A DNA stretch of 64,000 nucleotides from Phycisphaerae bacterium (lineage in GTDB: Bacteria > Planctomycetota > Phycisphaerae > UBA1845). The notes under the pieces were generated by a model that had not been told where the DNA came from, did no database searches, and saw nothing but the letters and a program-made list of their open reading frames with translations. The position numbers were made by a program, and so were the translations under genes. Positions 10,651 to 18,805 of the stretch are shown here, one piece after another (within the stretch, counting starts at the first letter, position 1; each line of letters starts with the position of its first letter). Location: positions 127,411-191,410 of the forward strand of contig CAXXKI010000019.1 in the NCBI GenBank assembly GCA_963667855.2. The letters are read 5' to 3'.

Positions 10651-12063
10651 ATGCGATCACTGACTCTAATTATAACCACCGTAACATTTTTTTCACTCCA
10701 ACTTAATTGCGCTCGCGGTTCTGAGCCCGATAAGAACATTCTCAGAACTCCGGAAACGCAAAAAGCGATCAACTACCAATTCTCAGAGCAAGAGAACGCC
10801 CTGCTTGATGAAATCCAGCACGGCTGCTTCCTCTACTTCTGGAAAGAGGCTGGAAAAGCCGGATTGGCGAAAGATCGGAGGAAAGCTCCGGTGGCGAGTA
10901 CGGCCGCTGTTGGTTTCCAGCTCTCCGCTCTGCCTATTGGAGTCGAACGTGGTTGGATCACCCGGGAGCAAGGACGGGATCGCGCGGAAAAGATTCTGCG
11001 AAGTCTCATTGATCGCAAGGATAACAAGCACGCGGGTATTTACTACCACTTCGTGGATTACGACACCGGTGGTTGCTCGACCAGCGGATATGAAGAGCTG
11101 GCCAGCACTATCGATTCCGCGCTGTTAATGGCCGGCGCAGTCCCCGCGGCCGAGTACTTCGGAGGCGAGGTCAAGAAGCTGGTCGAACGCCTTCACGCTG
11201 ACGCCAACTGGAGGGCATTCTCCAAAGGCGCTAATGGGGAATTATCAATGGGCTGGTACCCTGACGTCTCAGGGCACCCGGAGGGTAAAGGTAATTTCCA
11301 CGGGGCACTATGGCATTGCACATCGTGCGAAGAGCGAATCACGTATTTCATGGCCATCGCCGCTCCCGATCCCAAAAACGCTGTGGACGCCAAGGTTTTC
11401 TACGGGTTGCAGCGTCCCATCGGCAGGCACAAGAATATGAAGCCCTATGTGATTTCACCCCAGGGCACCATGTTCCACTACTTTTTCAGTCATTGCTGGA
11501 TCGATTGGCGTAACCTCAATCCGGACAACCCGGCGTTGTTCGGATACAAGTCGCCGCAAGTCGACTGGTTTGAAAACTCACGCCGGGCAACCCTAACCCA
11601 CAGGCAGCGATGCCTGGAACATGCGGATAAATTCAAGACCTTCGGTGGTAACCGCTGGGGGCAAAGCGCCTGTGCCGCAAGAGACGGCTACGTCGTACCT
11701 CACGTACAACCCAACATGGTCAACGTGGACTGCTGGGCGGATGGAACCGTGGCTCCCTACGCGGCCGGCGCGGCGATCATGTTCACCCCAGCTGAGAGTA
11801 TCGCCGCCTTGAAGGAATTCCGTAATTTAAAGAACAGTAAGGGCAAACCACTGGCATGGTGGGATCCCGCCGACGGAGGATACGGCCTGGTGGATTGCTT
11901 TAACCTGGATCAGGATTTTGCCAGCGACGACTACGTGGGCATAGACCACGGGCCACTGCTTCTGGGTATTGAGAATGCCCGCACAGGTCTGATCTGGAAA
12001 CTATTCATGCAGAGCGACACGGTTAAACGCGGTATCGAGAGGATGAAGATATCTCAGCGATAG
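10651..12063 (+). CDS. secreted glucoamylase-fold glycoside hydrolase (GH144 beta-1,2-glucanase-like)
   Basis: Signal peptide; STAAVGF, GIYYHF, STIDSALL, FSHCWID, GIDHGPLLLGIENARTG motifs. Confidence 0.75.
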   Translation: MRSLTLIITTVTFFSLQLNCARGSEPDKNILRTPETQKAINYQFSEQENALLDEIQHGCFLYFWKEAGKAGLAKDRRKAPVASTAAVGFQLSALPIGVERGWITREQGRDRAEKILRSLIDRKDNKHAGIYYHFVDYDTGGCSTSGYEELASTIDSALLMAGAVPAAEYFGGEVKKLVERLHADANWRAFSKGANGELSMGWYPDVSGHPEGKGNFHGALWHCTSCEERITYFMAIAAPDPKNAVDAKVFYGLQRPIGRHKNMKPYVISPQGTMFHYFFSHCWIDWRNLNPDNPALFGYKSPQVDWFENSRRATLTHRQRCLEHADKFKTFGGNRWGQSACAARDGYVVPHVQPNMVNVDCWADGTVAPYAAGAAIMFTPAESIAALKEFRNLKNSKGKPLAWWDPADGGYGLVDCFNLDQDFASDDYVGIDHGPLLLGIENARTGLIWKLFMQSDTVKRGIERMKISQR

Positions 12064-12499
12064 GCCTGACGCACCCTTATAGTACCTGCAGGAGAATAAG
12101 GTAAAGCTGCCAAGAAAAATCGTTCAATGTTATTTACTGCAGCCTTCTTATCTACACTGAAGAGACAGACTCTGTCATATGAAATGGATTCTTCGTAGAA
12201 TGCTGGTAGCTTCTTAACAGATGGGTTAAACCTCGTTTCGACGCCAGCGATTTCAGTATCGGTCCTATATCAAAAAGCTTTGACTATACGTTGTCGAAGA
12301 ATGGCCACTATTCGTCGTTACAACGTACTGTTTTACGAATCTGAAATAATCGTCCTTACCCGCTATTTCAAATCAAACTTTCCGGGTCGAACGCTACAAC
12401 AAAATCGAAGTTATTTTCACAGGTTGTCGAGATAACTGCTCGAAAATACAGCCAGCGTATTCCAGCAACCCCGGCCACCTCACGGGAGCGTCAGCAGCA

Positions 12500-12835
12500 A
12501 TGAAAGAGAAACGTAAATTCCCCAGAGAGCAAGTGCTGGCCAACGACGCACAGGCGTTCGTTCAGCTCCCCGATGGCAGGGAACTTCACGGCAAGGTCCA
12601 TGATGTTTCAGAGGGTGGAGCGAGGATCGACGGCGAAACAACAGGACTGTCCCAAGGCGATCAGGTCGATATCATCTTTTTGTTCCCTTCTGGGGAAAAA
12701 GTAAAACACAACTGCCAGATACGCCATGTGGATTCGGCTGGGAAGTATTTCGGAATAGAATATCACGGCCTGCCGGAGGTACTCAGCAAGCCTGAAGACT
12801 TCGCTGAAAGCGAGAACATTCGCGTGATACTCTAA
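12500..12835 (+). CDS. PilZ domain protein (c-di-GMP receptor)
   Basis: EKRKFPR (RxxxR) and DVSEGG (DxSxxG) motifs. Confidence 0.9.
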   Translation: MKEKRKFPREQVLANDAQAFVQLPDGRELHGKVHDVSEGGARIDGETTGLSQGDQVDIIFLFPSGEKVKHNCQIRHVDSAGKYFGIEYHGLPEVLSKPEDFAESENIRVIL

Positions 12836-13065
12836 CCAGCACACCAGGGCTCATAACCCCAATCACTGCCCAATCGCCGATTCTGAATAAAAACTATCGC
12901 CCGATAAAACTATCGATACCGATAATAACCCGCCTTATCGGTATTTCCTTAAATCATGGAAAACTAAACCAAGTTCCCCACTTGGCGTCATGTGTGTTTT
13001 AATTATATTCTTCCCTTGACCAGTTCTTTACTCTGTAACTTATTTCACAATCAAAGGAAACTAAA

Positions 13066-14082
13066 TTGTTTAAAACCAGTATATACGCAGCTTTTCTATC
13101 TACCTGTCTGATCGCCTCGGGTGCGGTAGCCACCACCATCAACCCGTTTGATTTCAATGTTTACAGTTTAGGGGATATCGGAACTGAGCACTCCGGTTAC
13201 CGCAGCGATTTCCAGGGTATAGCGGGAGCAGGTGGAAGCGCCTATTTCAACGGTTTCAGCCTGCACGATGTCGCGGCGTCCGGTCCGGGTACGCCCTATT
13301 CTCTTTATGCCGGAGGTAACGCCTACATAGGCGGATCGATCAATAACGGTGGTATAGAAGCGGGCGGGAACGTCCATATAAACGGCGCCAGCGTCGACGG
13401 AAATTTGAATATTGGCGGCAGCCTCTACGGCACCGGCGGAAGCATCAGTGGAAACGCATACATGAGCGGGACCGATTATACCGGATACTCTGTGAGCGTA
13501 TCGGGAAACATAGTTGAACAAAACCTCTACCAGCCTACCTTCGACCTGCAATCCACCAGTAACTACTTCCTCAATGCCAGTGATAGCGTTGGGAAAATGC
13601 AGGCGAACACCTCCTACACCGAACAGTGGGGGAAGATGAGTGTAGCCCTTTCATCTGGCACCAACGTGCTGGAGCTGAAAAGCGACGATCTTAAAGGCCT
13701 CTGGAACGTGGACATAACCGGTCCCGATGATGCCACCCTGTTTATCAACATTACCGATGACGACGTATCGCTTTCGCCCAGCTTGAGCTGGACTTATTCG
13801 GGCGGCATCGGCGCGGAAAACGTCCTGCTCAACCTGGCGTTTGCTGATAAGCTGAAGATCAACGGCGGAAGCCACACGGTGAACATTCTCGCACCGAACG
13901 CTGATGTTCAATTTCCCTACGGGCTGGTCACCGGAAACCTTATAACCGGCTCATTGACCGGCGGAGGACAGGTGAATTCCGGAGCGTTCGTGAATGACCG
14001 CATCATACCGGAGCCGACTTCTCTGCTTCTGCTGGGATTAGGCGGGCTGGTATTAATTCGCCGTAAGTGTATACGTAGATAA
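13066..14082 (+). CDS. choice-of-anchor A family, PEP-CTERM surface protein
   Basis: Signal peptide, Gly-rich beta-solenoid (FNVY...ENVLLN...ILAPNA), C-terminal IPEPTSLLLLGLGGLVLIRRK. Confidence 0.85.
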   Translation: MFKTSIYAAFLSTCLIASGAVATTINPFDFNVYSLGDIGTEHSGYRSDFQGIAGAGGSAYFNGFSLHDVAASGPGTPYSLYAGGNAYIGGSINNGGIEAGGNVHINGASVDGNLNIGGSLYGTGGSISGNAYMSGTDYTGYSVSVSGNIVEQNLYQPTFDLQSTSNYFLNASDSVGKMQANTSYTEQWGKMSVALSSGTNVLELKSDDLKGLWNVDITGPDDATLFINITDDDVSLSPSLSWTYSGGIGAENVLLNLAFADKLKINGGSHTVNILAPNADVQFPYGLVTGNLITGSLTGGGQVNSGAFVNDRIIPEPTSLLLLGLGGLVLIRRKCIRR

Positions 14083-14128
14083 TCGCAGACAAAACGCAAC
14101 TGCGTTCTAAAAAACAACCGTCGTATCG

Positions 14129-14163
14129 AACCCGGCGCTGGTGGCAACCGTCAGCGCCGGTTT
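14129..14163 (+). terminator. possible terminator hairpin
   Basis: CCGGCGCTG...CAGCGCCGG-TTT downstream of the PEP-CTERM gene. Confidence 0.4.
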
Positions 14164-14566
14164 GACGTTTTACGGGTGCTTGGAGAGCTACGACTGGCGA
14201 TATATATGGTTCCGTCCGAATCAAGCGAGCTTCCTGGTTCCAGGGGTACGTTGCGATCAAGCGGGAAAATCCTGCCCAGCGTTGCGAAACCGACCATTTT
14301 CAACACCATCGTAAATGGTCTCGACTATTTTACGATGGTGTTGAAAATAGTCAGAATAAAAACCGCGAAATGCACTTATGATACATTGCAGATTAAAAAC
14401 TCAAGCAACACACTTAAGTATTACAACCTGATAAACCTTTTTGCTTATTTTTCCAGAAAACCAGTCGCGGAAATACGTACGACGACAAAACCAAACCCTT
14501 ATATAATGTTTACTCTGATTGGCTTGAGTACTAATATAGTATATACCGTACATGAATGGAGGATGC

Positions 14567-15160
14567 ATGATCAAGCTTACAGACGTGTCACGAATACTAA
14601 AGGGACATTACATCGTTGTATCATTGCTTTGCTCTGTCTATTTAGTCTGTCTCACGTTGTGTATTGTTGGCAGTTCTTCGAGATCTTGCATGCGTCTTGC
14701 CGGCCTAGATAGCGTTTCACTTTTCCTGGAGGGCAATAGTGGAAAAGTTGGATTTGTTTTAATTACCTCACATGAACCTACAGCTTATAAAGTATTTGTG
14801 GATTGGTTCGGCAGTAAGGATTACACTGAAACAGAAGAGGCTATTCGAGAGAATAAAACTCTAGCATACCAACGTTACCGATCAAAAGCTGGCGGCTGGT
14901 GGCAACGAAGCGAATGGATTGCGTCGATGTTTGGCTGGCGCACTCTTGACCTGGAATATATCGATTTAAGAGTTTTGTATATGCCTTCCTGGTTACCGTT
15001 TACCGCAATCAACTTGCTCCTGGGCAGTTGGCTTATTTTGCGAACCGCTCGCTGCATGTGGCGTAAACATCATAACCAATGCATGGCATGTGGTTACGCT
15101 TTACGCGAGCTAACGGAAAACCGTTGCCCGGAATGTGGACGCTCGTTTATAATGCGTTAA
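14567..15160 (+). CDS. hypothetical membrane protein with C-terminal zinc ribbon
   Basis: GGAGG RBS; two TM segments; CMACGYALRELTENRCPECG. Confidence 0.75.
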   Translation: MIKLTDVSRILKGHYIVVSLLCSVYLVCLTLCIVGSSSRSCMRLAGLDSVSLFLEGNSGKVGFVLITSHEPTAYKVFVDWFGSKDYTETEEAIRENKTLAYQRYRSKAGGWWQRSEWIASMFGWRTLDLEYIDLRVLYMPSWLPFTAINLLLGSWLILRTARCMWRKHHNQCMACGYALRELTENRCPECGRSFIMR

Positions 15161-15252
15161 GCAGCAGTAAGTCACGACTGACATCGCGTCCTAACCGCTG
15201 AAACGTATTACCCAATAGCCAATAGTGCATTAAAAATACCCAACAAAAAAAG

Positions 15253-16566
15253 GGTTCATCCGACTAAAGCGTACATGGACTAGCAAAAAGGCGGACATGA
15301 TGTTCTCATCTGAGGTTGTCAAAGACTTCAGATACAGGAGACGCCATCATGTCCACCAGCTTACTATATCACGGATTCGGGGTTCGTGGCTATATTTACG
15401 AACGAACAGAATACAAGCACGGCCAGGTTTTTTTCTCGCTCAGCCAGCCACGAAACACCCTGCGGTGTTCAGCCTGTGGTTCAAAGAATGTTGCTCCCCG
15501 TGGCCACACTGAGCGGAGTTTCAAATCGGTACCAATCGGTGGCAAGGCAGTGAAAATCGTTCTTCCTATCCCTCGCGTTGAGTGTTCAGACTGCGAAGTC
15601 ATCCGACAGGTGGAGATTGGATTTGCCGATCGCCGCCGGAGTTACACCCGGTCGTTTGAACGATATGCGTTGGATCTCTTGCGTCATATGACGATTAAGG
15701 ATGTGGCCGAACACCTGCAGGTTAGTTGGGATGTTATTAAGAAGATACATAAACAGGATCTGCTTAAGCGGTTTGTCCGTCCAAAGCTCAAGCATTTACG
15801 CCAAATAGCTATCGATGAAATCTCGATCGGCAAAGGTCACCGCTACTTGACCGTAGTACTCGATTTAGAGCGTGGTGCGGTGGTGTATGTGGGCGATGGC
15901 AAGGGAAAAGAAGCTCTCAAACCGTTCTGGAACCGATTGCGAAAATCCCGAGCGAAAGTCAAAGCGGTAGCCACTGACATGTCTCCGGCCTACATTGATG
16001 CGGTCTCGAGTAATCTGCCAAACGCTGCACTGGTTTTCGACCGCTTTCACGTAATGAAGCTTTTCAACGATAAATTGTCGGAGTTGCGAAGAGATCTGTA
16101 CCGTGAAGCCAAGGATCAGTTGCACAAGAATGTGCTCAAGGGGACGCGATGGTTGCTGCTGATGAATCCCGAAAACTTGAACTCTGATAGCAGTGGACTA
16201 AAGCGTCTTGAAAAAGCGTTACACCTCAATCAACCTCTGGCCACGGCCTACTACATGAGGGAGGAACTACGCGAAGTCTGGGAACAGGAAGACGGCGAGG
16301 CCGCCCAGGCCCATCTGATGGATTGGATATTTCAAGCGGAGGCCAGCGGAGTCAGGATGCTCAAAAAGTTTGCCCAAACACTCCGCCTTCATGCGTTTGG
16401 TATATTAGCGTATTATGATTATCCAATATCAACCGGTCCTCTCGAAGGAACAAACAATAAGATCAAGACCATGAAACGCCAGGCCTATGGATTTAGAGAT
16501 AAGGAATTCTTCAAACTGAAAATCCTCGCCATTCACGAAACAAAGTACGCGTTAGTCGGATGAACC
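15253..16566 (+). mobile_element. ISL3 family insertion sequence (1314 bp)
   Basis: Terminal IRs GGTTCATCCGACTAAAGCGTAC / GTACGCGTTAGTCGGATGAACC; 8-bp TSD AAAAAAAG at 15245-15252 and 16567-16574. Confidence 0.95.
15349..16563 (+). CDS. ISL3 family transposase
   Basis: Zn finger CSACG/CSDC, IAIDE, ATDMS, DRFHV, LEGTNNKIK...AYGFR; AGGAG RBS. Confidence 0.95.
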   Translation: MSTSLLYHGFGVRGYIYERTEYKHGQVFFSLSQPRNTLRCSACGSKNVAPRGHTERSFKSVPIGGKAVKIVLPIPRVECSDCEVIRQVEIGFADRRRSYTRSFERYALDLLRHMTIKDVAEHLQVSWDVIKKIHKQDLLKRFVRPKLKHLRQIAIDEISIGKGHRYLTVVLDLERGAVVYVGDGKGKEALKPFWNRLRKSRAKVKAVATDMSPAYIDAVSSNLPNAALVFDRFHVMKLFNDKLSELRRDLYREAKDQLHKNVLKGTRWLLLMNPENLNSDSSGLKRLEKALHLNQPLATAYYMREELREVWEQEDGEAAQAHLMDWIFQAEASGVRMLKKFAQTLRLHAFGILAYYDYPISTGPLEGTNNKIKTMKRQAYGFRDKEFFKLKILAIHETKYALVG

Positions 16567-16625
16567 AAAAAAAGTATCTCTAACGGTAAAAGGGACATCT
16601 CTGATTTTTCGTTATCACTATGCAT

Positions 16626-17351
16626 TCATTTAACACCAACAGTTTCCGGCTCGTTCAGATAGGCCTGAAATGCTCCTTCAAATTCCTCCCACCATTGGGA
16701 GCCTATTGAAAAAGATGCCAGGTCGGCGTGGCAGTCGAGTTGGGCAATGGCGTTCAGGTTCGCATCTTTTTTCTGCATGCTTCTCAGCCGCTCGGCGAAG
16801 GCTTTGTTCACGATCCGTACATCCTCATACGATTTTGCCAGGTTCTTTAATTCCCAATCCGGCGTCTGGCCGTGCTGCTGCTTGAAATACTGAGCCAGCA
16901 GGTACATGGAAACCGCGCGGAACGTGGTCTGAGCGGTTGTGGAAAACGGAAGATGCGTAAACGCCATCGGTCGGAGCTTATCCAGGTGCGGGCACCCGCT
17001 GGTGGCCATCACCAGCCCCATGAGCGAACTTACCGCGTCCTGCAGGGAGCATTCCTTGTAGTAGCTCCTCGCCTCAGTGGCAATGGTAACTCCAACCCGA
17101 TCATAGGAAATGCGGCTACAGAAGGTACTGCTGACCGGGACAAGGTTGTAAGCTACGGGGCATACCTCACACATGTCGGCACTGAGTGTGCAATTCGGGC
17201 ATTGGTTAAACTCAAGACGAACCCAGTCCGGGATCTCCTCGACCTTTTCAGAAACCATTTCCAGCGAGGGCAGGTTCAGCTTGACCTCCAACTGCCTGAC
17301 ATCGCCATCGGCAAACCGGAATGAATAGACAATGCTCTCAAAGTCGGCCAT
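16626..17351 (-). CDS. conserved hypothetical Cys-containing protein (DUF6901-like)
   Basis: QCPNC...CPVA, SSLMGLVMATSGCP, FTHLPFS. Confidence 0.7.
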   Translation of the reverse strand: MADFESIVYSFRFADGDVRQLEVKLNLPSLEMVSEKVEEIPDWVRLEFNQCPNCTLSADMCEVCPVAYNLVPVSSTFCSRISYDRVGVTIATEARSYYKECSLQDAVSSLMGLVMATSGCPHLDKLRPMAFTHLPFSTTAQTTFRAVSMYLLAQYFKQQHGQTPDWELKNLAKSYEDVRIVNKAFAERLRSMQKKDANLNAIAQLDCHADLASFSIGSQWWEEFEGAFQAYLNEPETVGVK

Positions 17352-17531
17352 ATAAACACCCCGCTACCATAAACGATTTCAAAAAGACCAAACGCCCATT
17401 ACAGAAGGCACAAATTCTCTGTCGGCAACACCGGCAGATTGATTCACCGGATATCCAATCCGAATGAAAGGGTTATTTAGCAGGTAAGGTTAAAGGCGTT
17501 TTATGCGATTTGAGTTAACAACAGGCAAGGA

Positions 17532-17930
17532 TCAGGAACGCTTTTCGGCTTCTTTGCTGTATCGAGCATCAATCAACCCGGCCGCCAGTCTGGCGGTTAC
17601 TTCCTCAATAGAAGTACCTTTGGGCAGCAAGGCCGTATGCTCGCCATCGCTCACATAGGGAAATTCGTTGCTACCTTTCAGCCAGAGACTTGAATGCGTC
17701 TTCGGGTGCGGCCCCAGCAGGATCGCCAGTTTGCGCCTGGCGGACGATGACTGTTTACCCGATACAGCTTCGCCAGCCTCATTTTTCGTACATTTCCGAG
17801 TTGAAACCAGGACCAGTTCCGGTTTGCAATAATTAACCCACAGAAGAAAAACAACCGCGGGAAATAGAACCAGCAGGCCATACGGTCCCCACATCACCAT
17901 GTTCTCAACTGATACCGCGCCAATAATCAT
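17532..17930 (-). CDS. hypothetical membrane-anchored protein
   Basis: 132-aa ORF with one N-terminal TM helix. Confidence 0.5.
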   Translation of the reverse strand: MIIGAVSVENMVMWGPYGLLVLFPAVVFLLWVNYCKPELVLVSTRKCTKNEAGEAVSGKQSSSARRKLAILLGPHPKTHSSLWLKGSNEFPYVSDGEHTALLPKGTSIEEVTARLAAGLIDARYSKEAEKRS

Positions 17931-18067
17931 CTCAGGCCCCTCACGTGTGTAATGACCGTTTCCGGAAATCGCCAGACGGCTCTACAAAGAGAGCACCAGC
18001 AGCCTGTATGATCACATTATAAAGGGAATTGGGCGTCGTTTTTGATAGGGAATATCCCTTTACATTG

Positions 18068-18100
18068 AAAAAGCCCGTTTACCGTGCGGCAAACGGGCTT
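18068..18100 (-). terminator. rho-independent terminator
   Basis: AAGCCCGTTT-loop-AAACGGGCTT with a T-tract on the minus strand, after the 18129 ORF. Confidence 0.7.
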
Positions 18101-18128
18101 GTTTAAACGAATTAATTGAGTTAACGTC

Positions 18129-18557
18129 TTACACCGGACTGCTGATATTACCCAGCAGATCGGTCAGGCTGGTACCCGAAGGAAGTGAATCCAGCCCGGC
18201 GCTAGCCCGCAGAGCGGCCAGCAGCAGTTGCAGCTGGCTGTTAAGCCCGTCAAACAAGGTTTCAATTACCGCCACCTTGGTCTGGGTGACCAGATCCATA
18301 TCCGGTTCGGTATCGGAAATGGTAGGCCCGTTAGTGCTTCGAGCAATCGCTGCGTCATGCATTTCATCATAATCTGCCAGGGCAGAGCTAATCATGTTAC
18401 CCGGCTGCCGCTGGCCCATGGCTGAAGCTTTAGCTGTATTCCACGGAGCCTGAATATTCGCGGTAACATCATCGCCAACGATAAAACCACCGCCGGTGTT
18501 GGGCAGACAAAGCACAATCGCCATGGCGGCCGCTAGTATGGATACTGTCTTGAGCAT
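18129..18557 (-). CDS. hypothetical secreted protein
   Basis: AAGGAG RBS before MLKTVS; signal-peptide-like N-terminus; followed by a terminator. Confidence 0.65.
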   Translation of the reverse strand: MLKTVSILAAAMAIVLCLPNTGGGFIVGDDVTANIQAPWNTAKASAMGQRQPGNMISSALADYDEMHDAAIARSTNGPTISDTEPDMDLVTQTKVAVIETLFDGLNSQLQLLLAALRASAGLDSLPSGTSLTDLLGNISSPV

Positions 18558-18761
18558 GGTCGTACTCCTTGCAGACTCCTGGTCAATCAATCGCTGTTCG
18601 TTTCGCTCCGCTTAGAGGAAGCGAACGCGCTTATTATACAAACCACATCTGTCCAGGTTGACCTTTTGGACAAAAAGATCCCCGGTTTTGCGACGCGGCT
18701 CTGCAATAAGGTATCGGTATACCACAGCGGGAGCGCCAGTGGAAAACCGTACGATTTCAAT

Positions 18762-18795
18762 AAAAAACCCCGTTTTCAGGATATAAAACGGGGTT
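18762..18795 (-). terminator. rho-independent terminator of gyrA
   Basis: AACCCCGTTTT...AAAACGGGGTT followed by a T-run on the minus strand. Confidence 0.7.
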
Positions 18796-18805
18796 ATCGC
18801 TCAGA

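Noticed and set aside
15160-15250. Integron attC site after the AT-rich Zn-ribbon gene
   Set aside because: No convincing paired RYYYAAC...GTTRRRY arms and no integrase in the window
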